Source: Mobula hypostoma (Eukaryota). From it: a stretch of 64,000 bases of DNA. The stretch lies in NCBI RefSeq assembly GCF_963921235.1, contig NC_086097.1:85128001-85192000 (forward strand), in the 5' to 3' direction. The notes beneath the pieces were generated by a model. It saw only the letters and a list, made by a program, of their open reading frames with translations, searched no databases and was not told where the DNA came from. This document shows positions 1 to 11,704 of the stretch, piece after piece (position 1 is the stretch's first letter; each line of letters begins with the position of its first letter). A program made the position numbers and the translations under genes.

Positions 1-416
1 ACGAGCCGGATAGTAATGGAAAATAGCTTTATGGAGGAACATCCTGTTGCTAAACGCCTGCTTAGCTCTTCATGATTAGCACATAGCATAGGCGATGTCT
101 TTGACGTCCAGTTTGGTAGCATTGACATAACATTCACGTTACGTGCTGATTGTCACCAGTGCCTCTATTCCGCATGTTGTCAGCTGCTAATGTTACTGCC
201 ACGCTCTGAATGCCTTTCCCAGCAATGCAGCTGGCGTGATCTATCCTATAAGTGATGCATGAGCTGGATATCTTGCTGAAAACCAGTCGGCGCTTATTTA
301 ATTCAGCAAGGGAAAATGGACTTTTCCAGAAGTGAAGTGAGGTGACACCCATTTCCGGGTGGTATTACTCCAGGAATTTACCTGTTTTCCAGTGAATTCT
401 GACTCTCATTTGAGCT

Positions 417-880
417 CAGAATCAGGTTTAATATCACTGGCACATGTTGTGAATTATGTTATTTTGTGGCAGCTGTGCTTTGCAATGCATAATAAAAAAA
501 CTATAAATGACCGTAATATATTACAAATAAATTAGATAAGTAGTGCAAAAAGAGATCAAAAAAAGAAGAAAAATCAGTGAGGTAGTATGAATGGATTCAT
601 TATCTGTTCAGAAATGTGATGGTGGAGGGAAGAAGGTGTTCCTAAAGTGTTGAGTGTGTGTCCTGAAGCTGCTTCTCCTTGATGGAAGCAATGAGGAGAG
701 AGCATGTCGTGGGCGATAGAGGGCCTTCACGATGGATGCTGCCTTTTTTGCGGCATTGCCTTTTGAAAGTGTCCTCGATGCCGAGGAAGCTGGTGCCCGT
801 GATGGAGCTGGCTGAGTTTGCAGCTTTTTGCAGCTTGCATGTCGCAGGATTTCCGCGTCGGATATGCAAAATTCTCTATG
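417..880 (-). mobile_element. Rex1/Babar-type LINE 3' fragment
   Basis: (TCAGAA)-type tail at ~417. Minus-strand peptide 'AAKKAASIVKALYRPRHALSSLLPSRR' matches the RT C-terminus seen in other copies in this window. Boundaries approximate. Confidence 0.7.
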
Positions 881-2008
881 CAATTGTAATACTCCCTGAA
901 AGGTGTGCACGTGATCAGTGAGGTCCCAGACTGCATCCGAGGAGCAGATTAACTGAGATTGTCCGAGACCTGCCTGTGGTTGTGTCATTCCTGGGGTAGC
1001 AATGTTTTCTGAATCCCACCCCAGTTAAGGCAAAATTGATTGCATCAGCACCCTAATAACCCATTGATAATATCCACATTGCTGTGCTGTTTCTCTGCAA
1101 TAATAACAAATTGCATCTCTCCATCACTCCAGTTCTATCCCTGCTCCCTAAGTGAGTTCTCCTTCCTACACAGAAAAGATGCAGGCTTGGCCACCAGTTC
1201 TAGACCCTAATCCACCCCTTGGTCTTTCCCACGGTCCCACAATCTCCGCAGCACCTCACAGACTTGACACGTTCCTTCTCATTCTCCATGGTGTTCGAAG
1301 ATCAGTGGCTCGTGCCTCAGGCTTCATGGAGGTTTGTGGCAGCAGATCAGCCAACAATATGATGGTCAGTGCACTGCGTCATCACTGAGTGGTGAGCCCT
1401 TTGGTAAACCAGTGTGTCAACTCCCTTTTCCACATTTGCTCGTTCACCAACAATGATGAGATAGCATTAGAATGGAAGTAGTTCTCAGCAGGTAATGTAC
1501 TGTCTGTGCTAGTTTGTGTGTGTGTGTACAACGTGCACGAGGCAGATGAAAGTAAGCGTTTAATAAATCTATTACTTTTTTCAAACACACAGCTTCCAGC
1601 TAGAAAAGTGCAAATAAAGTCTGTGAGCGTTATACATACAGTAACTCAGGGCTCTGGTGGTAACGTATTGCCGTCACAAGACTATGTTGAGTCATCACAG
1701 CTGTGACTAATCTACTGTAGTTCTTGCAGCTGGGAGCTGACGTGACTCCAAGTGGCGTCAGAGAAGCTTCAAGGAAGCCCAGGCTGGGTCCCGGGTGGGA
1801 AGAGGAGGAGCAGGCAGCCACTTAAGCCTCTAAGAAGGGAAGTGAGAGGGCCTGATTCAGATACACAAGGGTCTTCCGAGTTGTTGAATTTCACTCTGAG
1901 AACAACATTTATTTGATATGAAAATGCTACCCTCTGCACAATGCCTATCATTCAGTTTAGTAGCAAGACCAGGCCAATACATTGTGTAAATATTGGGGGA
2001 ATAGTGTC

Positions 2009-2990
2009 AAAGTTCAAAGTAAAATTTATTATTGGAGTACATACATGTCACCACAGACAACCCTGAGATTCTTTTTCTGTGGGCATACTTAACAAATCTA
2101 TAGAACAGTAACTGAACAGAATCTGTAAACTATAAACATCAGGAACAGTAAACAATCTGTGCAAATGTAGTTAATAAATAAATAAATAGCAATAAATAAA
2201 AAGCATGTAATAATAAGATAAAAGAGTCCTAAATGAGTGTAGTAATCCCCTTTGGTTCAAGAGCCTGATGGTTGAGGACAGTCACTGTTTTTGAATGTGG
2301 TGGTGTGGCTCCTGAAGGTCTTGTATCTTCTATCTGATGGCAGCAGTGAGAAAAGAGCATGGCCTAGGTGGATGAAGTTTGCTGTTTTCTTACGGCAATG
2401 TTCCGTGTAGATGCGCTCAATGGTTGGGAGGGTTTTACCCCGATCTACTGGGCCGAATCCACTACTTTATGTAGGATTTTCCACCTAAAGGCATTGGTGT
2501 TCTGTTACCAGACCATAATGCAACCAGTCAGCAAACCTTCCAGCACACATCTGGAGGAGTTTGCTGAAGTTTTAGATCACATGCTGAATCTCCACAGACT
2601 CCTGAGGAAGCAGAGGCACTCTTGTGCTTTCTTCTCAATTATATTTATATGATGGGTCAAAACGGGTCCTCTGAGATAGTGACACCCAGGAATTTAAAGT
2701 TACTGACCCTCTCCACCTCTGATCCTCCGATGATTACTGGCTCATGGACCTCTGCTTTCCCTCTCCTGAAGTCTACAATCAGTTCCCTGGTCCTTTTGAC
2801 ATTGAGTGAGAGGTTGTTGTTATTACACCACTCAGCCAAATTTTCAGTCCCTCTCCTGTACACTGATTCATCACTGCCTTTGATACAGCCCACAACAGTG
2901 GTGTATCATCAGCAAACTTGTATATGGTGTTGGAGCTGTACTTAGCCATACAGTCATAGGTGTAAAACGAGTAGAGCAGGGGCTAAGTAC
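2009..2990 (-). mobile_element. Rex1/Babar-type LINE 3' fragment
   Basis: ORF 2657..2893 'YRRGTENLAEWCNNNNLSLNVKRTRELIVDFRR...FKFLGVTIS' is an RT thumb region. AAAGTTCAAAGT tail at ~2009. Confidence 0.85.
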
Positions 2991-3149
2991 ACATCCATAA
3001 AATGGATCAGAACCCCAGATGAATCTGGTGAAAGACTGCCCATGTAATGATAAACAGGCAATTATTTATCATGCTTCTCAATTGTTTATAATGACCACCG
3101 CGGAAAGGTTTTGTCATTATTGTACCTGTGTGCATTTGCCACCAGATTA

Positions 3150-3507
3150 ATTAGGTAATACAATCCCCACCTCTTACACAACAGTGAGTGTGTGTGTAAA
3201 TATGATTAGGTAATACAATCTCCACCTCTTACAGAACGGTAAGTGTATGTGTAAATATGATTAGGTAATACAATCCCCACCTGTTACACAACAGTGAGTG
3301 TGTGTGTAAATATGATTAGGTAATACAATCCCCACCTCTTACACAACAGTGAGTGCGTGTGTAAGTATGACTGGGTAATACAATCCCCACCTCTTACACA
3401 ACAGCGTGTGTGTGTATAAATATGATTAGGTAATACAATCCCCACCTCTTACACAACAGTGAGTGTGTGTGTAAATATGATTAGGTAATACAATCCCCAC
3501 CTCTTAC
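3150..3507. repeat. 55-bp minisatellite, about 6.5 copies
   Basis: Unit ATTAGGTAATACAATCCCCACCTCTTACACAACAGTGAGTGTGTGTGTAAATATG repeats with an exact 55-nt period (TTAGGTAATA at 3151 and 3481, six periods apart). Confidence 0.97.
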
Positions 3508-3658
3508 TTGTGTCCAAGTATAATTTGTACTGACCAGTTTCAATGTGTGAACAATGATTTTGAGGTAGTGTAATATTTTACAGCACAATTACAAATCTGC
3601 CTCGGGGAAAATACATTCTGCATTTGTAAGAGGGAAATTGTGAGAGAAATAAGTTTTG

Positions 3659-4123
3659 TCAGTCAGTCAGTCAGTGAGTGCCGTCCCGAATCCAGGGTTG
3701 GCGGCTATGCACCTCCATCTTCTTCGATCTTGCAACAGCACCGAGTGCAGCCTCTCCTCCAGTTTGTTCTCGCTAGCCACCTTGGCACCGCCTGCCGCCG
3801 CCCCCGCCAAACTCGAGCCCGAGGCCGTGTCGGCCTCCAGCCGCGGCCGCTTCTTCGAGCTCGGCCCTTCCTTAGACGGAGGCCTTGGGCAGGTCCAGGC
3901 ACACGGTGCAGCGCCCAAGTTCATCATGTCTCTTCTAACTAGGTGCATAGCATACGATTCGTAGATACGTGGCGAGGCTTTAATCTCTTCCATGGAAGAT
4001 GGCCGTCGGCTCATAAGGAGCTCATCCGCCCTTTGTCAGGTCTTGTTTTTTTTCAGTCCTGCTAGGTGTCCTCACACCCTCCTTACCAGACTAAGTCCGG
4101 TGGGGGAGCCGGCCCAAATTGCC
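3659..4123 (-). mobile_element. Non-autonomous RTE-tailed retroelement carrying a CYHR1/ZFTRAF1-like coding fragment
   Basis: 8-bp TSD AAGTTTTG at 3651-3658 and 4124-4131. (CTGA)n 3' tail on the minus strand and an RTE-like ORF end 'QDRRRWRCIAAN'. Internal GC/CpG-rich segment encodes 'KKRPRLEA...AAAGG...KLEERLHSVL'. Confidence 0.75.
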
Positions 4124-6139
4124 AAGTTTTGACAACATTGGAAATTAATAGTAAATAGAAAGGTATAGTTTGTCCTACCACCTGTTTCCTACCTTGCTTT
4201 GGTGGGCTTCTGTGTTTTTCCTCAAGAGCTGTTGTTCCTTTGGAGACGTCAGCTTTCGTAGCTGGCACTGCGGTATTTCAACCAAAACTCAAGGGAAGGA
4301 TTTGACTGTATTTAATACTTTATATTGGAACAAGTAATGGGACTTAGGGCAGATAAATTTCCAGGATCTAATGGCTTTCACCTCAGAGTGCTTAAAGGAA
4401 TAGGTTGCAAATTTGTAGTCACATGAGTAGCTTTCCAGAGTTCACGGAAGCTTGGTACATTTCAGGTACCAGCTTTCGTGCAGGCAGCTTTGTAGAGAAC
4501 TGAATCCTAGTTGCAGTGTGTCAGCCAGTGGATCCCTAACATTAGCATCAGCGCTTCACCACATGAAGTCAGAACCAAGCAGAGGCAGTGAACTTGATCT
4601 CCAATTCTGCTGCAGGAATCAAGAATACGCAGACAATTGTCACATCCTGGGCCGAGTGGATAGATGCATTTGATATTTAGCTCCTCATATTTATGCCGGT
4701 CGTGGCTGGAGAACCCTCTCTTATGATTTGGTCTGGCAGCCCTGACGGTTGGACAAAGTGCTGGTTAGTGGCTGTGACGGCAGTTTGTGACAGAGCCTCA
4801 GGATCCACTACCATAGACCGGGTCATTAATGGCAGACTGTTCCACCTCCTAGGGCATCCATGGAAATAAGACTTGGAGGATATTTTGGGCCAATTTCAGC
4901 ACAAAAACTAAATGCGGCCTCAGGAATAAAGGAACAGACAAATGCAATCTGCTCCAGAAGTGAAATCCGAAGCCTAGCAGGTGCTCTGGCATATGCGAGA
5001 GGTGGCATCATTGTGATACGTAGCATTCAGTCCACAAAATGTATTTTAGAGACAAACGGAACACATCTCTCTGACCAGATTCGTTTCGTGCAAGTAACAC
5101 TTCTGACTTCCAATTGACTGCAGTTTGGAAGGCAGCTGAAAACTTTGAGGAATAAGGAAGTATTGGGTAGATATCTATTCCTAGGTACAATCTGGAATCC
5201 GATCACAGGCTTATTCTACTGCAGAGGCAGTAACATGCTGTGACCCAAAAGGAGGCTAAAAAGATAAATTCACCCAGATTGTGGAGAGTAATGAATAGGT
5301 CAATAGCAGCTTACAATGGGACAGTAAGTCTTCCGGTTCTGTGTAGCAACACAGTCCACATACTTATGTGGAGCCATGGTACTGCAGTAAAGAGTGGATA
5401 TGGTGCACAGAAAACACCCTTATTTATGGTGTTGCTTTACATTAGCTTTTATTTATTCCTTCATTATTCCTAATCCTTCTGTGAATTTATCTTTCTGCCT
5501 CCTTTATATGATTTCTCAGCTCTGCCCTTTCTGTAGTACAATAAATCCCTGCTGTAAGATCAACGGCTTCAGTTTAATAAAATATGAAATATGTTGATCT
5601 CCAGATTTCAGCTTTCAGCAAATAAAATCATTCCAGTGAATCACTACATATATATCATTTGATGGAAATTAATGTATAGTTTTACTATTTAAACTGAGGG
5701 ATCAGTATTGGATTGGATTTCTGGTTTTCTCCTTTATCTTCATTTGGCATGCCATCATTGAACTGGCTGATTAGACTTGTCCAAACCAATTTTACAAATA
5801 TCCCCATCCAGGTCCTCTAGTGAACAATCTCTATGACTAGCAGATGACACTTAGCAACATCACCATCAAAGAATGTTCAACAAACTTTCGTCTTGTCAAA
5901 CACCAATTGCAGAGCGGCCACTGGAAAATTCTATTGCATCGTGTGAAAATGCAATCATCTCATCAATGCTGTCATGTTTACGTTCCCAAGTGCCAAGTTC
6001 CACTCTTCTATGGATATTGAAGTTGTCCCTCCTCAACCCGAGATCAGAAAGGAATGGCATCTTAGCTCATTCCACTGCTCAGAGTACCTAGGAGATTCAC
6101 CAGGATGTTACCTGGGATGGGGTGTTTCAGTTATGAGGA

Positions 6140-6550
6140 AAGGCAAGATGGGTTAAGTTTGTTTTCCTTAAAGCAGATTAGGCTGATGGGAGACTTAGTT
6201 GATGATTACAAGATGATGAGGTGCAGAGATAGTGCTGATGGTAAGAAACTTTCAGTTTAGTGGAGATGTCTAAAACCAGATAGCAATGCTTCAAGGGAAG
6301 GGGTACTTGGCTTGGATGGGATCTCAGGAAGCCTTTTTTCATTCATAGGGTAGTTATGAATCTGCAGCACACTGCGTGAAGGAATGATGGAGACAGGGAC
6401 TCTCACAACATGTAAGAAGTAGCTGGACTACCACTCTAATCACCTGGACGATGGCCTTGGGACAGTGTTGGAAAATTGCATTGGAATGGAAAGTACTTGA
6501 TGATGAGCATGTATATAGTGGGCCAGAAGGCCTGTTGCTATACTCTATAA
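6140..6550 (+). mobile_element. Old CR1 LINE 3' end
   Basis: Degenerate '...AGGCTGATGGGAGACTTAGTTGATGATTACAAGATGATG...GGGCCAGAAGGCCTGTT...CTCTATAAC', the same layout as other CR1 3' ends in the window. Confidence 0.6.
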
Positions 6551-6859
6551 CCTGATAATCATGTCTTTAGCTGCACTGGCAACATGACTGGATGAGATTT
6601 GACAATATTCAACAAACATTAGACCTTTCACCATTATTTCAAGCTGGCTGTCGATATCTATTACAAAAAGATAAGAAAAACATAAGATCTTCTGGTAAGA
6701 TGGAGGCGTGCTCAGACACAGTGGCTTCTACAGGGCCAACCAAAAGTAGTATTGTCTTTCTAAAATATATTTTTTATGATTGCAAGACCCTGCCGGACGT
6801 TAAGAACTTAAGGTACCTCAGGTGTGCCCTGTCAGTTCATTGGCTGAGAAGCTGAAGGA

Positions 6860-7335
6860 ACTGGACGGTGCAGATTGTACTGCTGCCGGCGTCAGAGTGG
6901 GTCACAAAGGAGGTGTGCAGTTTAACAGTGAGTGATCGTCCTGGTCGCTTTCCTAGTGACACTGTTGGATGTCGGTGGTGTGGAATGCTGCAAGTCCGAT
7001 TCACTGGTTTATTGGTGAACGGTGGCGGGGGTGGGGGGGAAGCAGACAACGGCAAAGCTTCAACAGACTGGAGTTGGTGCTGCCCTCTAGTGTTCACTCG
7101 GCAGAAGACAAGGAGTATTGTGTTCGACTGTAGATTGCTGCAATGTTCATGGACTCAGGGAGTTGGACTATATATTTTTTGTGTGACACTATTTTACTGG
7201 TCCCTTTTATGTGCTATTTGTGCCTGGTGCTGCAAATGACTGTTGGTTCTGTGTTTTGCACGTTGCCCCAGGTTACCACTGTTTCGTTTGACTGTATTCA
7301 TGAATGGCTGCATGACAATTAAACTTGAACTTGAA
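6860..7335 (+). mobile_element. Non-autonomous LINE-tailed element
   Basis: Ends in TGACAATTAAA(CTTGAA)2, a Rex-type tandem tail. No RT coding sequence recognised. Confidence 0.5.
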
Positions 7336-9595
7336 AACAGCAGTATCCCCTATAAAATAGGTGGAAGAATAGGTTAAAACAGCAGTATGTTTGTCTTTTG
7401 AGATCCTGGTAGTAAACAGGCTCGCATGTGATCTTAGATGTAAGCGTGCTTTGTCAAAGAAACTTTGATTCCTATCTCCTGATATCTGTAGGCTGTACAA
7501 ACTGCCCACAGATTGGCAATTTGAGAAGGAAGATTGGTGTGCAATGTGGAAAAAAAAGGTCAAAACAGTTTAGTAAGAGTGTGATGTGAAGTTCTTGCTG
7601 AAAAGTTAGTTTCTTAAGTCACAGTGGAGAGCATTGTGCATCTAATCCTGGGTACAAAGCAAGGCTGGGAAACGCTGGGAGCAATGAGTGTACAGCAAGA
7701 GCATTGTAAATCCTTCATATGGGATAAACAGACCCATGGGCTATATGGTGTCTACAACGTTTGTTGCTCTCAAGCCAACAGGTTGCTTCTTGGATAGTGC
7801 TGACAGGTAGGGGGCACCTTCCTCAGCCCTTCTCCACCTGCCTTGAGTTGCAATAACATGACACTATAATTACACGCTGTCAGTTCCTGGCAGCTCAGTC
7901 CACCCTATCAATAAATATCTCAGGAGTTACTGGTGAAGGAATCCTCCTGGAAGTGTCATGTCAGCTCACTGCTGAAAAGGGAGAACAGCCACCCCCAGCT
8001 GTTAAATTAGCTTATTGCATACTTTTATAGCAACAAGAAACTCTTAAACACAATCTAGTCTCACTTTGCCAGTACAGTTAGGAACAAGATTAGTCTCTAC
8101 AAATGCTAAGCAGCCCATATAGATATACCTCTCTTCTTTCCAAGAGTATATGTGCTGAGATCCAGCTTTGACCAATGAATGGATTGGTTACTTTTCTGTT
8201 ATTTTTAATGTTAATTATAAATCAGTAATTAAGTTTTTTATTTTGTATACCAAATTTCATTTTTTTTAATACAGAAGTACTGGCACGCTATGATACTTCT
8301 CTGTAATGCAGGGAGCTATAATTTCTGGCCCCTTTGTTTTCCCTGGAATTCTTTCATTCCAAATGCCGATCTTTACACACAGTGGCATTGAGAATGAAAG
8401 AGTTCCGGAGAAAACAAAGGGGCTGGCAATTACTGTTTCCTGTTTCCTGACACCACAATTCGGATGGCCGTTACATTGCCAAATTGGTACATCCACGCTT
8501 TTGCTTCCTGTCAAGGGCACTAATTTGCAGTCAGAATTAAGGCCATGGTAGATGTAGAAGTAAGGAACCTTGCAGCTATTCAATCTTGCTCCTTTTACAA
8601 ATGGTGTAAACTTCCTGACAGTATCGCCTTGTTATTCAGAAGGAACTCTGCTTTACAATGATGTAACTCCTCCATGCAAATTGTAAATAATGTTGAAGAA
8701 TAATTAAAAGCCTCAAATTTGATTGTGATTAAATCTGTGATGACATAGAGCAGTTTTTTTATGATTTTGGTCCAACATAACAAGCTAGATGTGGGGGGGA
8801 AACAGGACGGAGGCCTTGAACTGTTATAAATGTATGCTGCAAATTCAGTGAGATTTTAGTGATTTCTGATTTCATCGAAACCTGATCAAACTCCAGTCTG
8901 GTAATTAACACCTCTTCTGTGGATATTTTTGTGTAATAAAGGGAATCTATGCAGAAGTTAACATTTGCAAAATGAAATTACCTTATTATTTCAAGTAATA
9001 AAATGCATGAAAACATTGGGATAGCATATTTTTATTTTATTTCAAATTTTATTTTTACTTTTTTTAACTGAAGTGAAATTTATCAGAGTGAATAAATACG
9101 TCAGCTTTTATCTTGTGTCAGCTGCAACCTCTGAGAGCCATTCTAGTGATCACTGTGTTGAGTTGTGTGTGTTCTGAATCACTGGCACCTTTACCATTAT
9201 TACCCTGAAGAGGCTTCATGTCATTGTAATAAACGTGTTAGTATGAAACTCCTTTGGCGTCTTAACACGGATCTGAGCTTACATATTTTTTGACATTTAA
9301 AGCAACCAGCAGGGCTATTTCATCCAGTCACTTTACTGCGATGGTTAATAATACACAAAATGCATCCAATTACCAGGGTGAAGCTTTCCAAGTTTTGTAT
9401 GTTATTTATCCACAGGTGTAGTGCACCTCCTCCCCAGCAATGCAATCTCTGCTCTGCAGTATTAACAAACTGCCCTTGTTGGGCAGTGCTCATCCATCGC
9501 TGCACCCACAGTCCCACCCTCTCCCTCCCCACCCTTTGCCTCCCTCCCCTGCTTCCTTTCCCTTCCCTTGTGACATTATTGTTTTTCATTTGCAG

Positions 9596-9702
9596 CAAAA
9601 GAGCTCAGATCAAAATAATTGATGATGAGGAGTATGAGAAAAACAAGAATTTCTTCTTTGAGCTGAAGGAGCCACGCATGGTCGATATGAGTTTACAGAA
9701 AG
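9596..9702 (+). CDS. SLC8A3: Sodium/calcium exchanger 3, mutually exclusive exon A (CBD2)
   Basis: Long pyrimidine tract and TTGCAG acceptor. 107 nt encoding KRAQIKIIDDEEYEKNKNFFFELKEPRMVDMSLQK; the PRMVDMSxQK ending is characteristic of NCX3 exon A. Donor AAG|GTGGAG. Confidence 0.93.
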
Positions 9703-11092
9703 GTGGAGTACTCACCAGAATGAGCCCCTACTGAAGGCCTTCCTCTCTCCTTTCTTTCCCCTTTGTCTCATTTCATCCCTCCTCTTCTCTTTTGTCTTGT
9801 TTGAATGCTTGATTCCCAAGAGACACTTAACACTGGGGCCCTCCCCGCAGTCAGATTGGTGATGTGCCACCCATTTCAGTCTTGGCTTGTTAGTGAGTTG
9901 CTAATCAGGCCCATCTCCATGGCTGCAGTAACCTGCCACCCCCAAGCCCCTGTTCTTGACATCCTGCCCCTTCCTGCTGCTAACAGCTAGTATCCCAGTA
10001 GCCTGTGGAACACATGAGGACAGGTCTGGTTGTGTGCTAAGTAACATGCTCTCTTGTTATACCCGGACTGCTTTGACTGGTGTGGGGAGTCCATTCCATG
10101 ACTTCTCCTAAATGAATTCTACAGAGAAGCTAGTGAGGAAGAGCTACCAATTACTTGTGCAGTATGTACATTATATGTTGCGAATTGTGACTTTCAGCTC
10201 TGGGAGAGGTGATGTATGAATGTAGGTGAGCCACATTTGTTATGCGAAGCTCACCATTCATTGGTAGCACTGTATTTCATAGAGGCACATGGCCTTGGTG
10301 GCGAAGATATGGCATGAAATGAAGTCTCTACCCGCCCCCCCCCCCATATTCAGTAAAAACAGAATTCTCTCAACTATGCAATATCAGGCAACAAATGCCC
10401 GTAATAAATTCAAAAGGAGTATACTGATGAAGAATCTTATCTCAAGAAGTATTGAGTCGGCCCTTGCAGGCATCACCATCTTGCTCGGAATTGGCACCTG
10501 TATTCTGCCACAGGAACAAATTACCTGGCCCCAGTGTAGGTGATCTCCTTCTTAGACTAGAAGTATCACAGAATCCATCAATAAATACTGGAAGGCTGCA
10601 CACGCTCTGGTGACTCCATGAAAAAGTTCCATGCCCTAAACTCTCTGGAAAACTGCTACATCCTCCCACCTCCTTCTGACTATTGTAAAAAGACATGAGC
10701 AACTTTTAATAGTGTTTAAAAAATCACTGTACCATTCAGAGGCATCTGAAAAGAATTGAGTTGAACCAAGTAATTTAATAAAAGATAAACATGATTTTAA
10801 AGTTGAATAATGAATCAAAAACACCAAATTTAAAGTGTTAAAATATTCCAAATTCTGTGCGATTTTAAACTGCTGATTAGACAACAGAGAGGGAGGAATA
10901 GTTAAAAGGTAGGGCTATTGAGGAAGTGTGAAATAAAACCCGAGAGAGCTGCAATTACTCAGCTGATCATGCAGGTTCAGTGGAGCAAAGGACAGAGTTA
11001 ACTTTTTAGATCTTTAATCTTGCATCGGAACAGGAAAAAAATTGAAGTCAAGTATTTGTACTAATATTTATTTGTAGTGAGAGGTAAAGTGC

Positions 11093-11302
11093 AGTAACAG
11101 GCCTCTCTGGCCCAACAAGCCCACACTGCTCAATTACAATGAAGTGATCAATTAACCTACTAACCCCTAAGTCTGTGGGAGGAAGCTGGAGCATCAAGAA
11201 GAAACCCATATGGGCAAAACTGTTACATACAACAGCGTGAACGGAACCTGAGTCACTGGCTCTGTATAGCCTTACGCTAACCGCTACACTCCTGTGCTGC
11301 CC
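11093..11302 (-). mobile_element. tRNA-derived V-SINE (HE1-like)
   Basis: Minus strand begins GGGCAGCACAGGAGTGTAGCGGTTAGCGTAAGGCTATACAG...GGTTCC (tRNA head), followed by a V-domain-like TGGGTTTC...CTCCAGCTTCCTCCCACA. Confidence 0.7.
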
Positions 11303-11704
11303 AGATGCGTGAAGTTACAGGGAAGAGGGAGATGTGGAGAGAAGAAAGGGAATGTCAGTGGAAGGGTGGGGACTGAGGGAGACTAAATGCCACAAGTGAT
11401 GGTGGTGCTGGCTGCCAGAAGGTGCTGAAGGCTTGTTCAACATAGTTGATCTGTCTGGAGATGTAAATAGAAGATGACAGAAATCCCATCAGGGAGAAGA
11501 GCAGATCCTCTTCAGAGGGCTATTCAGGGGAACTCAGTAAGTTCTGGATGGCTGCAATTACCCCACACTTTCCCCAATATTGTTCTAACAACTGAGAGTG
11601 AGCAGATATGGGACACACCTTCCTCTCTCCACCTCAGCAGAACTCCAAAAGCACTGTTGTTGCAATACCGCCTGATTGGCAAAGCAGAGCAGTAATTGCC
11701 ACTG

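Noticed and set aside
3150..3507. CRISPR-like array
   Set aside because: The units are contiguous tandem copies with no unique spacers, the context is eukaryotic, and no cas genes are present.
3640..3964. Plus-strand GC-rich ORFs or a CpG-island promoter
   Set aside because: These are the antisense shadow of the TSD-bounded insert and have no recognisable product.
3925..4123. Canonical HDV-like ribozyme
   Set aside because: I could not assign P1, P3/L3, P1.1 and P2 consistently by eye. Kept only as a structured-head hypothesis.
9360..9734. 124-aa ORF as a stand-alone gene (likewise 13588..13908)
   Set aside because: Only the splice-site-bounded parts resemble NCX. The rest is translated intron.
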